From Gemmatimonadales bacterium (lineage in GTDB: Bacteria > Gemmatimonadota > Gemmatimonadetes > Gemmatimonadales > GWC2-71-9), in NCBI GenBank assembly GCA_041604955.1, contig JBFIZG010000010.1:1-24627 (forward strand): DNA of 24,627 nt. Direction: 5' to 3'. The notes under the pieces are model-generated. The model searched no databases. It saw nothing but the letters and a program-made list of their open reading frames with translations, and was not told the origin of the DNA. The position numbers and the translations under genes are program-made. This document shows, one piece after another, positions 1-9,546 of this stretch. How positions within the stretch are numbered: position 1 is the first letter of the stretch; each line of letters begins with the position of its first letter.

Positions 1-777
1 GCTGAGCGAGCTTCCCCCGTCGACGACAAAGATCGCCCCCGTAATCCAGGACGCAGCCGGGCTGGCCAGATAGACGACCATGGACCCAATGTCCTCGGCA
101 GATCCCCAGCGGCCCAACGGTATGAAACGACGCAGCTTCTTATCGATGGGCACCGTATCGTCGCCGCCCGCTGCAAACGCCTTAGTGGCGCCTTCGGTTG
201 GCATCGGGCCCGGGGCAACGGCGTTCACAGTGATGTTCTGGGGCGCCCACTCCCGCGCCAGGGTTTTGGTCAAGGCATCGACACCCGCCTTGGCGGCGGT
301 GGCGTGTGCCATCTTGGGCCATCCTCGGTAATGGAGGGTCATCGAGATCGAAATGATGCGTCCCCCCCCTTGCTGCTCCATGGGCTTGTATACGGCTTGA
401 GAACAAAAGAACGTGCCGTAAAGATCCGTCTCGACAACCGCGCGCCATCCGTTGGGTGAGAGTTCCGCTGACGGCGCGTAGAAATTTCCGGCGGCGTTGT
501 TCACGAGGGTGTCGATCCGACCATACTGCTCGAGAGTCTGCTCGACCATCGACTGCACCGATTCCGGCTCACGTACGTTGGTTTGGATGGCGCAGGCACG
601 CCCACCGTGTGCGGAGAGCTTTTCAACCGCTGGTTCCAGATGCTCCGGGTTTCGACTGGCGATCGCAACGTCGGCGCCGCAGCCGGCGAGCGCCGACGCA
701 ATGCCGAAACCGATACCGGTGCCGCCTCCCGTTATCAGCGCCACGTGTCCCTTCAGCAGGTCTTGGCGGAAGATCAC
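1..777 (-). CDS. SDR family oxidoreductase (partial; the C-terminal part continues beyond the left window edge)
   Basis: Minus-strand translation from the GTG at 777 gives MIFRQDLLKGHVALITGGGTGIGFGIASALAGCGADVAIASR...LVNNAAGNF...RIISISMTLHYRGWPKMAHATAAKAG...FVVDGGSSLS. It carries a Rossmann TGxxxGxG motif, an NNAG motif and an SDR C-terminal region. A GAGGAGA Shine-Dalgarno lies 7 nt upstream of the GTG. The ORF runs off the window edge and is therefore missing from the supplied ORF track. Confidence 0.75.
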   Translation of the reverse strand, partial: MIFRQDLLKGHVALITGGGTGIGFGIASALAGCGADVAIASRNPEHLEPAVEKLSAHGGRACAIQTNVREPESVQSMVEQTLEQYGRIDTLVNNAAGNFYAPSAELSPNGWRAVVETDLYGTFFCSQAVYKPMEQQGGGRIISISMTLHYRGWPKMAHATAAKAGVDALTKTLAREWAPQNITVNAVAPGPMPTEGATKAFAAGGDDTVPIDKKLRRFIPLGRWGSAEDIGSMVVYLASPAASWITGAIFVVDGGSSLS

Positions 778-889
778 TTGTGGTCTCCTCGTCGGATCGA
801 GAGCGGTTGAATGTGGCGTGACGTTCGCTCGTAAGATAGCAGCGACCGGTGTGATTGTGGCTTGAGTGTGGGGTTGGAGTAATCGACCG

Positions 890-1603
890 TCAAGGGTTTG
901 TGGGGCGAATATCGAGTTCGGAAACGAGGGCGCGTTCTGGCTGTGAGAGGGTCGAAACGACCATGTCGGCAACGTCTTCCGGCTGAAGCTTCTGCTCGGG
1001 ACGCTCGAGAGCCACCCCTGCCTTGTCGAAAAACGACGTGACTACGGAACCGGGACAGATGGTGATCACTCGTATGCCATCGTCGCGCACTTCGAGCATG
1101 AGCGACTTGGAAAATCCAAGCACGGCATGTTTGGACGCGGTGTAGGCCGTTCCCCCGACGTATCCGTTACGACCGGCGAGGCTCGCGATGTTGACGATGT
1201 GCCCCGATCCTCGCGCTCTCATCCCCTTCAAGAATGCACGGGTAACGAGAAACATCCCCCGCACATTCACGGAGAGCGTCTGATCGAATTGGGAGAGCGA
1301 GAGATCCTCGATCCGGGCGAAATGGCCGATCCCGGCGTTGTTGACAACCACGTCGGGAGCGCCCACGCGCTCCTCGACGAAGGCGCGGAACGTCGTGACG
1401 CTCTTGTCGTCGGCAACGTCACACACGGTCCCGATGGCGTGCATGCCGTCTGCAACCAACTCCTCGACAACCGACGTGACGCGCGGCCCGGTACGCGCAC
1501 ATAGCGCGACGGTCGCACCGGCGCGTCCGAGCGCGGAGGCGACCGCGCGACCGATACCCTCGGTCGCCCCGGTGACGACGCAGACAGCGTCTCCCAAATC
1601 CAT
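890..1603 (-). CDS. SDR family oxidoreductase (FabG-like 3-oxoacyl reductase type), 237 aa
   Basis: VCVVTGATEGIGRAVA glycine-rich NAD(P)-binding motif, NNAGI motif, and YTASKHAVLGFSKSL (catalytic YxxxK). Confidence 0.85.
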   Translation of the reverse strand: MDLGDAVCVVTGATEGIGRAVASALGRAGATVALCARTGPRVTSVVEELVADGMHAIGTVCDVADDKSVTTFRAFVEERVGAPDVVVNNAGIGHFARIEDLSLSQFDQTLSVNVRGMFLVTRAFLKGMRARGSGHIVNIASLAGRNGYVGGTAYTASKHAVLGFSKSLMLEVRDDGIRVITICPGSVVTSFFDKAGVALERPEQKLQPEDVADMVVSTLSQPERALVSELDIRPTNP

Positions 1604-1648
1604 CGGGAGAATGTAATGGAGCGAACTGCCGAGCGGGGAAGTGCGGGT

Positions 1649-2920
1649 CTAGCCGAGCACTCCAAGCCACCGTTTTCGTTCCAGCTGGTGGCCGGGGAAG
1701 ATTGCCGACAGGTCCTTTGTTCCGAGATGTCCGGTCAGGACTTCCCCGAAGAGGTCTCGGAAGTCGGTTGTCACGGCCAGGTCCCGTCCGTCCGCGCGGT
1801 CCTCCGGGCTGAGCGTCGGCCAGCGTCCGTAAACCTGTCCGCCCCTCGTGGGGCCGCCCAGCACCAACATGGCGGTGGCCCTTCCGTGGTCTGTTCCCCG
1901 TGATCCGTTCTCGGCGACGGTTCTTCCGAACTCGCTCATGGTGAGGAGCACGACGTCAGCCATGCGCGGTCCCAGGTCGGTCACAAACGCCGCCAGGGCG
2001 CGACCGAAACTCCTCAGTTTGGTTGCGAGTTGGCCTTCCGCTGCTCCCTGATTGAAATGCGTGTCCCATCCATCCACATCGGCGAACGCGATTTCCAGCC
2101 CGAGGTCCGCGTGGATGAGCTGAGCGATCTGGGCCATCGAGCTACCGAATCGGTCGTTCGGATAGCTGGCGCCGTGTGCGGGCTCCCGTCCGGCCACCTT
2201 GGCCGCCTCGAGCATCTTGACCGCCTCGAAAGCCTCTTCGGCCGACGACGCCATCAAGCCGGCGTCCGTTTCCGCATAGAGGTCACGAAACGCTCCCGCG
2301 ATCCGATCGCGTGCCTCGGGGCGGCCCCCGAAGCCGAACGAAGCGAGGTTGGCAACGGAAAGCGCGGTAGCGTCTCCGCGCAGTATGCGCGGCAAAGAAG
2401 ACCCGATTGCAACGCCCTTGAATGGCGTATCTTCGTGCGCTCGAGAGTGCTTGAGTTGCCGGTTCAGCCAACCGTCGGCCGTACTCTTGATACCGGGGGT
2501 GCCGGATTCCATGTAATCCTGCGCGTCGAAGTGGCTGCGTGTCGGATTGGGGGACCCGACGGCATGCACGGCGGCAAGGACGCCACTCCGGTAAAGCGGC
2601 AGCAGGGGCGCGAGTGACGGGTGAAATCCGAAATGACCGTCCAGGTCGATCGCGCCGTTGGGTTTTCCCGGAGTTGGCACGGCGAGTCGGGGCCGTTCTT
2701 TGTAATAGTACGGGTCGCCGTGCGGAACGATCAGACTCAACCCGTCGACGGCGCCTCGCTGAAACACGCATACCAACGTCTTCTTGCGATCGTAGGTTCC
2801 AGATCCCCGCTGTGTGGCGTAAGCCGCACGTGTGAGAAACGTGGGATCGATGCCCATGCTCACCAACGCGAGCCCTCCGGCCTTGACGAATACCCTACGG
2901 CTGACTGTCTCGTCGCGCAT
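1649..2920 (-). CDS. DUF1501 domain protein with a twin-arginine (Tat) signal, 423 aa
   Basis: The N-terminus SRRVFVKAGGLALVSMG is a Tat motif. The overall sequence looks like the DUF1501 (sulfatase-like) family. It sits immediately downstream of a DUF1800 gene, which is the canonical pairing. Confidence 0.75.
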   Translation of the reverse strand: MRDETVSRRVFVKAGGLALVSMGIDPTFLTRAAYATQRGSGTYDRKKTLVCVFQRGAVDGLSLIVPHGDPYYYKERPRLAVPTPGKPNGAIDLDGHFGFHPSLAPLLPLYRSGVLAAVHAVGSPNPTRSHFDAQDYMESGTPGIKSTADGWLNRQLKHSRAHEDTPFKGVAIGSSLPRILRGDATALSVANLASFGFGGRPEARDRIAGAFRDLYAETDAGLMASSAEEAFEAVKMLEAAKVAGREPAHGASYPNDRFGSSMAQIAQLIHADLGLEIAFADVDGWDTHFNQGAAEGQLATKLRSFGRALAAFVTDLGPRMADVVLLTMSEFGRTVAENGSRGTDHGRATAMLVLGGPTRGGQVYGRWPTLSPEDRADGRDLAVTTDFRDLFGEVLTGHLGTKDLSAIFPGHQLERKRWLGVLG

Positions 2921-2929
2921 GTCTCAGTC

Positions 2930-4561
2930 TCACTGTCGTTGGAATTCCGGGCTGCCGAGCGCAAGGCTGAGGGCTACTGCCCGCGCGGTCACGGGTGAGG
3001 CCTCGGCGGCAGCCGCCTCGCGCATGACGCGAAGCGTATTCGGTGTCGCCATCCCGTGCAGGACGACGTGATTGACCCGTGATACCAGTTCCGCAGTATC
3101 TCTCGGGCGCGGAATGAGCGTCGAGATGGCGGCGCGCGTCTCCGGGGGTCTGCCACTCGACAGCACGCGAGTCCAATTCAACCGCTGCAGCATCGAACTG
3201 GAACTCACCCATGATTCCATGCTCTCGGGGTACCCAGTGGGTGGTCCCCACCAAAAGAGCGGTTGGCCCATGTCGGCAATGTGTCTCGCCATGTTCGTTT
3301 CGTGCCGGAGGTCGGCGCCGATCGCTCGAACGGCGCTTACGACGAATTCCAGCGGTGTCTTCACCTTCACGCCGCGGTTCTCTTCGGCCCAAAAGTCGGC
3401 AGACGTGAGGATGGCCTCGACGACAGAGCGGATGTTTCCATCGGACCGGGTCCACGCGTCACTCGCCGTCGCAATACATGTCTCGGGCGGTGTGTCAGCG
3501 ACGAACTTGGCGCACAGCTTCGCGCTCAGATGACGTCTAGTTGATGGGTGTGACGCGAGCATGCGCAGCAAGTCGAAGCCCTCTTGCTTGCCGCCGTTGG
3601 GCGGGAATGCGCGGCCAAGCACCACCTTCGGTCCTTCATCGTGAGCCCAGGGGAGGAATACCATCGGGCCCCCTTGGTTCACCCGGGCGCTCCAACCAGT
3701 GAATATCCTGGCGACGTTGACGATGTCTTCTTGTGTGTATCCTCCGTCGACTCCCAACGTGTGTAGCTCCAACAGCTCGCGCGCATAGTTCTCGTTCAAG
3801 CCTGTAGGACGGCGAGCGTTTCGGACGGCGCGGATGGAATCGGCGCGGCGCTGCTCGGCTGGCGGTAGCATGCCGTTCATGTTCCGTGCGGGCTCTCGCG
3901 GTCTCGCCCCGGGCGCCACGGATTGAAAATTGTCCAGGTAGTACAACATTGCCGGACTCTGGGCCGTCAGGACGAGGAGGTCCTCGAAACGGCCCAAGGC
4001 GTTCGGTCGAATTGTCTCCTCGATGTAGGTGGGAAGCAGAACGCGCGCGAGGCCCTTCCCGAAGAACACGTTGAAATGATTCGCCCAGAAATCGGCCATC
4101 ACTTCATACAGCTGTCGTTCCGATTGTGCGGCCCGAAACACCGCGACGTTTTGATACTGGAGTCTGAGCAACGCGTAGCGATTTCGTTGCTTTGGCTTCC
4201 CTTGCACTTGCGCGGCCGCGGGATCCGAGGCAGGTCGTTGAGCCTGCCGCTGTTCCCGGATGATCCGCAACAAGTCGCGGTCTGTTAAGGACAGAACCTG
4301 GAACTTGTTCAGACTCCGTTCGAGCTCGTCATCGGGGAGTCGTTCCGGATGCAGTTGTTGCTCGATGAACCGGTCGATACCGATGGCGAGCACGCGGTCG
4401 ATGTCACCGGGACGGGGACCGTACGCGATGCGATTCAAGAGATGAACGACCCGGGCGCGTTCGACGCTGTCAGGAGGCGACTGTCCGTGTACGGCTCCCG
4501 CCCCTAAAGGCAAGATGAAGCACGCGGCGACGGTCAGCACCATGGCTTTGATTAGACGCAT
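2930..4561 (-). CDS. DUF1800 domain protein (secreted), about 543 aa; the ORF-track start at 4585 is an alternative
   Basis: Long ORF whose sequence is characteristic of DUF1800. MRLIKAMVLTVAACFILPLGAGAVHG looks like a signal peptide when translation starts from the ATG at 4561, which has a GGGAA Shine-Dalgarno 5 nt upstream. A 9-nt gap separates it from the downstream DUF1501 gene. Confidence 0.7.
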   Translation of the reverse strand: MRLIKAMVLTVAACFILPLGAGAVHGQSPPDSVERARVVHLLNRIAYGPRPGDIDRVLAIGIDRFIEQQLHPERLPDDELERSLNKFQVLSLTDRDLLRIIREQRQAQRPASDPAAAQVQGKPKQRNRYALLRLQYQNVAVFRAAQSERQLYEVMADFWANHFNVFFGKGLARVLLPTYIEETIRPNALGRFEDLLVLTAQSPAMLYYLDNFQSVAPGARPREPARNMNGMLPPAEQRRADSIRAVRNARRPTGLNENYARELLELHTLGVDGGYTQEDIVNVARIFTGWSARVNQGGPMVFLPWAHDEGPKVVLGRAFPPNGGKQEGFDLLRMLASHPSTRRHLSAKLCAKFVADTPPETCIATASDAWTRSDGNIRSVVEAILTSADFWAEENRGVKVKTPLEFVVSAVRAIGADLRHETNMARHIADMGQPLFWWGPPTGYPESMESWVSSSSMLQRLNWTRVLSSGRPPETRAAISTLIPRPRDTAELVSRVNHVVLHGMATPNTLRVMREAAAAEASPVTARAVALSLALGSPEFQRQ

Positions 4562-4928
4562 TGGCATTCCCGGCTTGCTCCGCATACGTGAGACGTGGCA
4601 GCGTCGCCAACGTGAGGACTGAAGTCGAGGGCGCGCGTCGGGCCGGGGTCGAGAGGACCGTCGTTGGGGCGGCGCGACGCGGCTCCCTCAAGTGAATTCG
4701 CCCAGGGGCGGGACGCAAGAGTTGCGGGAGAGCGACACTCTCGGTAACGCTTCACAAGTTCAGTGCCACCAGTGACATAGCAAACGGCGCCCTGCGACCG
4801 CTGATGCGAAGCCGCAGCGCCGCCGCCAAGCCGATACCTCCGTATGTCTCATCTTGGGTCCCGGAGATTTGACATCCTCCGGCCACCCAGACCATGTTTT
4901 CGGTCCCCGTTTCAGGAGGTTATGGCAC

Positions 4929-7022
4929 GTGCGTGTCTATCAAGGAGATGCCATCCGGAATGTCGCGGTTGTCGGACACGGCGCGAGCGGCAAGACGTCA
5001 CTGGTCGACGCTCTCGCGTTCGTGGCCGGCAGCAGTAAGCGACACGGATTGGTCGAAGACGGTACGGCTCTCACCGATTACACCCCCGACGAAATCGAAC
5101 GACAATACTCCATCAGCCTAGCGCTGGCGCACGCGGAGTGGATGGACACCAAGATCAATCTGATCGACACGCCGGGGTATCTCGACTTCACGGGGGATGC
5201 GCTCGCGGGCATCTATGCCGCCGACGCGGCGTTGATTGTGGTCGGCGGAACGTCCGGGGTCGAGGTGGGAACGGAAAAGGTATGGGAATACGCGGAGGAG
5301 CGGGGCGTGCCACGGCTCTTTTTCGTGTCGATGCTCGACAAGGAGCACGCGAACTTCGAAAAGGTCTACGAAGATATCAAAGAGCATCTCACGCCAAAGG
5401 TCGTCCCAATCGAGATACCGGTTGGCGAGGGTCCGGATTTTCACGGCATCATCAACCTGTTCTCCAAGAAGTGTCATCTGTATAAGAAGGGCACGAAGAC
5501 CGGCGAGTATACGGAAACGGACATTCCGTCAGAGTATCAGGAACGATTCGAGAAATACTCACAAGAATTGATCGAGACGATTGCGACCACGGACGACGCG
5601 CTCCTGGAACGATACCTCGGCGGTGAAGATCTGTCCCGCGAGGAAGCGATCGCTGCGATGCGCGCCGGGATGGAGAGGGGCGAACTGTTCCCGCTCCTTT
5701 GCGGGTCGGCGCATTTGACATACGGGCTCCGCGCCGTGCTGTCGAAGATCTGTGAGCTGGCCCCGGCCCCTGCTGCCAAGCCGCCGCTGGCGCTCAAAAC
5801 GTGGCAGGCGCTGGAAGAGATCGAAGTTCCGCCGCGGGACGACGGACCGTACGTCGCGCAGGTGTTCAAGACCGTGTCCGAGCCTCATGTGGGAGACGTC
5901 TCATTCTTTCGCATCTACTCGGGGAAGGTGAGTAACGGTGGCGAGACGTACAACGCCCCTCGGGAGTCGGTAGAAAAACTCAACCACCTCTCCGTTGCAC
6001 AAGGAAAAGAGCGGACCGAGGTGCCCGAGTTACACGCCGGCGACATCGGAGTGGTGGCGAAGCTCCGGGATACGCACACCAACGACACGTTGTCGACGCA
6101 GAGCACACCGATCGCACTTCCCAAGATTCCGTTTCCTGAGCCATTGATCGTGCTGGCGGTGGAGGTCGCGAAGCGGGGAGAAGAAGACAAGCTCTCGACC
6201 GGGCTCCAGAAGCTACACGACGAGGATCCGACGTTTCACTTCGAGTATGACAGCGAGAGAAGACAAACCCTGATCAGTGGTCGTGGTGAGCGCCACCTCG
6301 AAGTGGTTTTGAATCGGCTGCTCCGGAAGTTCGGTGTGCACGCGGAGCTCAAGAAGCCCAAAGTCGCGTATCGTGAGACCTTCAAGGGCAAGGCGGAAGG
6401 GCAGGGGAAGCACAAGAAGCAGACGGGAGGGCGGGGACAATTCGGCGATTGCTGGATTCGGATCTCACCGTTGCCCACGGGGAGTGGGTACGAGTTCGAG
6501 AATCACATCGTCGGGGGGGCGATCCCGAGCAAGTACATTCCCGCCGTGGACAAAGGGGTCAAGGAAGCGGCGGCGCGCGGAATCCTCGCAGGCAATCCCG
6601 TCGTCGATTTCAAGGTGGAATGCTACGACGGGAGTTACCATGACGTCGACAGCAGCGAGCAAGCGTTCAAGATGGCCGGCGTCGCGGCGTTCCGGAATGT
6701 CGCCTCAAAGGCCAAGCCGGTCATCCTCGAGCCCATCTACGAGGTTGAAGTCTGGACACCCGGGGAGAATCTCGGCGACGTCATGGGCGATCTCTCTGCC
6801 AGACGGGGCCAGATCCTGGGAACCGAGTCGGACGGACGTCTCACGAAGGTAAAGGCAATGGTTCCGGAAGCAGATATGTACCGCTACTCGACCCAGCTTC
6901 ATTCGATGACACACGGACGCGGGACGTTCCGGTGGAAAGTCGCGGGGTACCAACAAGTGCCGCCGGACATAGCGGAGAAGATCAAAGAGGAGCACAAGAA
7001 AGAGGAATCGGAAGAGAAGTAG
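4929..7022 (+). CDS. Elongation factor G-like translational GTPase paralogue (EF-G2-like) with a divergent G4 motif
   Basis: IRNVAVVGHGASGKTSLVDAL (G1), DTPGYLDFTGD (G3), and EF-G domains II-V (e.g. GDCWIRISP..., GAIPSKYIPAVDKGV). The likely start is the GTG at 4929, 9 nt after an AGGAGG Shine-Dalgarno at 4914-4919. The ORF-track start at 4854 would add an implausible N-terminal extension. The position normally occupied by NKxD reads SMLD (FFVSMLDKEH). Confidence 0.8.
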   Translation: MRVYQGDAIRNVAVVGHGASGKTSLVDALAFVAGSSKRHGLVEDGTALTDYTPDEIERQYSISLALAHAEWMDTKINLIDTPGYLDFTGDALAGIYAADAALIVVGGTSGVEVGTEKVWEYAEERGVPRLFFVSMLDKEHANFEKVYEDIKEHLTPKVVPIEIPVGEGPDFHGIINLFSKKCHLYKKGTKTGEYTETDIPSEYQERFEKYSQELIETIATTDDALLERYLGGEDLSREEAIAAMRAGMERGELFPLLCGSAHLTYGLRAVLSKICELAPAPAAKPPLALKTWQALEEIEVPPRDDGPYVAQVFKTVSEPHVGDVSFFRIYSGKVSNGGETYNAPRESVEKLNHLSVAQGKERTEVPELHAGDIGVVAKLRDTHTNDTLSTQSTPIALPKIPFPEPLIVLAVEVAKRGEEDKLSTGLQKLHDEDPTFHFEYDSERRQTLISGRGERHLEVVLNRLLRKFGVHAELKKPKVAYRETFKGKAEGQGKHKKQTGGRGQFGDCWIRISPLPTGSGYEFENHIVGGAIPSKYIPAVDKGVKEAAARGILAGNPVVDFKVECYDGSYHDVDSSEQAFKMAGVAAFRNVASKAKPVILEPIYEVEVWTPGENLGDVMGDLSARRGQILGTESDGRLTKVKAMVPEADMYRYSTQLHSMTHGRGTFRWKVAGYQQVPPDIAEKIKEEHKKEESEEK

Positions 7023-7046
7023 CAGAATCGGGAGTGCTACCTCGCA

Positions 7047-7083
7047 GCCCGCGTCTCCGTTTCAGGGGATGCGGGCTTTTCCC
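7047..7083 (+). terminator. Putative terminator hairpin (GCCCGC...GCGGGC) followed by TTTTCCC after the EF-G-like gene; it overlaps the 3' end of convergent folA
   Basis: Stem GCCCGC (7047-7052) pairs with GCGGGC (7071-7076), and a U-rich tract follows at 7077-7083 on the plus strand. It lies 25 nt after the stop at 7022. The loop is long (18 nt), so confidence is moderate. Confidence 0.35.
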
Positions 7084-7562
7084 TTCCGGTCGTAGCGGCG
7101 AAAGCTGAAGGCGTAGGTGTGCTTGGCGTCTGCCTCGCGCCGCTCGTCCTGTTCCAGTTTCCATTCGGCAGTGTCGAATTCGGGGAAGACGGTATCCCCC
7201 TCGAACTCACCGTGGACAATCGTGAGATACATGCGGTCGGCGTACGGCAACGCCAGGCGGTAGATTTCCGAGCCACCAACGACAAAAACATGATCGGCCC
7301 CCCGAGTAACTTGCAGGGCCTCCTCGATACTGTGCACAACGGTGGCGTCGGCACGGTGGTACTGCGGATTACGGGTCACGATCACGTTCCACCGGTCGGG
7401 GAGCGCATGCCCGACTGTTTCAAAGGTCTTTCGACCCATGATGACAACGTGTCCCGACGTGAGCCGTTTGAAGAACTTGAGGTCGTCGGGCAAATGCCAC
7501 GGCAGCTCGCCATCCAATCCGATCACATCGTTTTCTGCGACGGCCGCGACGAGCGCGATCAC
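7062..7562 (-). CDS. folA: Dihydrofolate reductase
   Basis: MIALVAAVAENDVIGLDGELPWHLPDDLKFFKRLTSGHVVIMGRKTFETVG is a canonical DHFR N-terminus. The GTG start at 7562 overlaps the thyA TAG stop (TAGTG). The ORF-track 299-aa version, 7062..7961, is an artefactual upstream extension into thyA. Confidence 0.85.
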   Translation of the reverse strand: MIALVAAVAENDVIGLDGELPWHLPDDLKFFKRLTSGHVVIMGRKTFETVGHALPDRWNVIVTRNPQYHRADATVVHSIEEALQVTRGADHVFVVGGSEIYRLALPYADRMYLTIVHGEFEGDTVFPEFDTAEWKLEQDERREADAKHTYAFSFRRYDRKGKARIP

Positions 7563-8356
7563 TAGACGGCGATGGGAGCGCGGATGGGCGGGTGAGGCTC
7601 GTAGTGCAACAGCGTGAAGTCTTCGAACCGAAAGCCGAAGATGGAGTCGATCTCGGGGTTCAAATGCATCGTCGGAAGCGGCTTCGGCTCGCGTGTGAGT
7701 TGGATCTGCGCTTGCTCGAGATGGTTCTGATACAGGTGAACGTCGCCCAGCGCGTGAATGAATTCGCCCGGTTTCAAACCCGTTGCCTGTGCCATCATCA
7801 AGGTGAGAAGGGCGTACGATGCGATGTTGAACGGCACGCCAAGGAAGAGGTCGGCGCTCCGCTGGTAGAGTTGGCACGACAGGCGTCCGTCCAGCACATA
7901 GAATTGCATGAGCGTGTGGCATGGGGGCAGTGCCATCTTGGGAACGTCGGCGGCGTTCCACGCGCTCACGATGAGCCGTCGCGAATCCGGATTGTCGCGT
8001 ATTTCACGGACGACGTCGCTGATCTGATCGACCCGCCCGCCGTCGGGCGCCTCCCATGACCGCCATTGGTACCCATAGATCGGCCCCAACTCACCGTGTT
8101 CGTCCGCCCACTCGTTCCAGATCTTGACCCCATGTTCGGTGAGATAGCGGATATTCGTCTCGCCTCGGAGGAACCACAGTAGTTCGTGGATGATCGACTT
8201 GACATGGACCTTCTTAGTTGTCACCAGCGGGAAACCATCCGTCAAGTCGAACCGCATCTGATACCCGAACACACTGAGCGTGCCCGTTCCCGTTCGGTCG
8301 TCCTTTGATGTCCCGTGTTTCAGGACGTGGTCGAGTAAGTCGAGATACTGTCTCAT
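7562..8356 (-). CDS. thyA: Thymidylate synthase
   Basis: [38 protein letters not shown]...; near-identical motifs to E. coli ThyA over the full 264 aa. Confidence 0.95.
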   Translation of the reverse strand: MRQYLDLLDHVLKHGTSKDDRTGTGTLSVFGYQMRFDLTDGFPLVTTKKVHVKSIIHELLWFLRGETNIRYLTEHGVKIWNEWADEHGELGPIYGYQWRSWEAPDGGRVDQISDVVREIRDNPDSRRLIVSAWNAADVPKMALPPCHTLMQFYVLDGRLSCQLYQRSADLFLGVPFNIASYALLTLMMAQATGLKPGEFIHALGDVHLYQNHLEQAQIQLTREPKPLPTMHLNPEIDSIFGFRFEDFTLLHYEPHPPIRAPIAV

Positions 8357-8424
8357 GGTATTGACCGTCCCAGTAGGTCAGTCATATCGGCACCGCCGTG
8401 CCATCGAAGCGACACCCGGTGGAG

Positions 8425-9546
8425 TCATCCCGATGCGGATGGACAGCTGTGACATTGCTGCCACCACTCCGGTCCCGCTAAACGCCGAAAATAGGACCGC
8501 ACGAAGGCGTTGATGGGAGCGAACGTCCGGGTGGCCACGACGGTACGCCGCACCTCGGGGCGCGTGATCTTGACCTTGTAGTCGGGTTCTACCAAGCCGC
8601 GGTGATGTTCAGCCCGTCGCAACGTCCGCACAGCCAGGTACAGCGGGGTCAAACAAAACAATCGAAACCGGTACTGGTGCCGTGGCAACGCGGTGCAATA
8701 TTCGAGTGCGTCACACAGATGGCGTTTGGCCTTCGCGATCAGCAGGGACATGACGCGTTGCGTTTCGACCCGATGGGCATCGCTCTGCACGTCCTCGGGG
8801 CGGATACCGGCGATCTGGCAGAGCTGGTGTGGGACGAAGCTCCAACCTCGGCGGCGGTCGTCCGCGACGTCCTTGATGATGTTCGTCAGCTGTAAACCCA
8901 ATCCGAAACTGGTCGCGAGTGACTGGAGCCGCGTGTACCGCTTGGGATCGAGCGAGGGGTAGTGCTGCCGAAACAGGTCAGTGAGCAGCTGCCCCACGGT
9001 GCCGGCAACATAGTAACAGTACCGGTCGAGGTCGTCGAGCGTGGCCAACGCGCTCAAGCCGTGATCCGATGCGCGGCGCGCCCGGCCGGCGAATTCGGCC
9101 ATGCCGTCGCACATTTCCCGCACGCGGGGTGCAATCGCGTCACGATGGGGAGCCGGAAGCCGGCGAAACTCTCGGAGGACGACGTCGGCGTCGCGGGTCA
9201 GCCGTTCGTCGTCTGTCGTGCTCTGTGAAAAGGCCTGCTGCAGGGGTTGGACGCCAATCTGTTCATCCGCGACACATGACCGAAACCGCTTCAACAGCCG
9301 TACCTTGTCAACAGGGTCGAGGAGTGTGGTGTCCTCGATCGTGTCGGCGATGCGGCAGAGCAGGTAGGCGATGAGTACCGAGTACTCCAACCCGGTCGGG
9401 AGCAGGCCGATGCCGAGCGCGAACGTACGCGACACTTTGGGGAGAAGTGCCTCGCAGATCGCCTTGTCGGTGGCGTGGTTCGGGACGGAGGCGGGGCTCC
9501 CGGCGGACCAGGCCTGTTGCACGGAGTGTGAAGAACCGGTGATCAT
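8425..9546 (-). CDS. Squalene synthase (farnesyl-diphosphate farnesyltransferase), eukaryotic-type SQS family, 373 aa
   Basis: VSRTFALGIGLLP, CRIADTIEDT (first Asp-rich motif), DRYCYYVAGTVGQLLTDLF and GLGLQLTNIIKDVADDRRRGWSFVP align with the hallmark SQS motifs (DKYCHYVAGLVG, GLFLQKTNIIRDYLED..GREFWP). The ATG start overlaps the upstream stop (TGATG). Confidence 0.85.
   Translation of the reverse strand: MITGSSHSVQQAWSAGSPASVPNHATDKAICEALLPKVSRTFALGIGLLPTGLEYSVLIAYLLCRIADTIEDTTLLDPVDKVRLLKRFRSCVADEQIGVQPLQQAFSQSTTDDERLTRDADVVLREFRRLPAPHRDAIAPRVREMCDGMAEFAGRARRASDHGLSALATLDDLDRYCYYVAGTVGQLLTDLFRQHYPSLDPKRYTRLQSLATSFGLGLQLTNIIKDVADDRRRGWSFVPHQLCQIAGIRPEDVQSDAHRVETQRVMSLLIAKAKRHLCDALEYCTALPRHQYRFRLFCLTPLYLAVRTLRRAEHHRGLVEPDYKVKITRPEVRRTVVATRTFAPINAFVRSYFRRLAGPEWWQQCHSCPSASG

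Noticed and set aside
4854-4928. Upstream extension of the EF-G-like ORF from the ATG at 4854
   Set aside because: The extension is non-homologous, and an AGGAGG Shine-Dalgarno at 4914-4919 serves the GTG at 4929, which gives a canonical EF-G N-terminus.
7062-7961. 299-aa ORF-track version of folA
   Set aside because: The N-terminal 132 aa are an out-of-frame read-through across thyA (Arg/Pro-rich). Genuine DHFR begins at the GTG at 7562, which overlaps the thyA stop.
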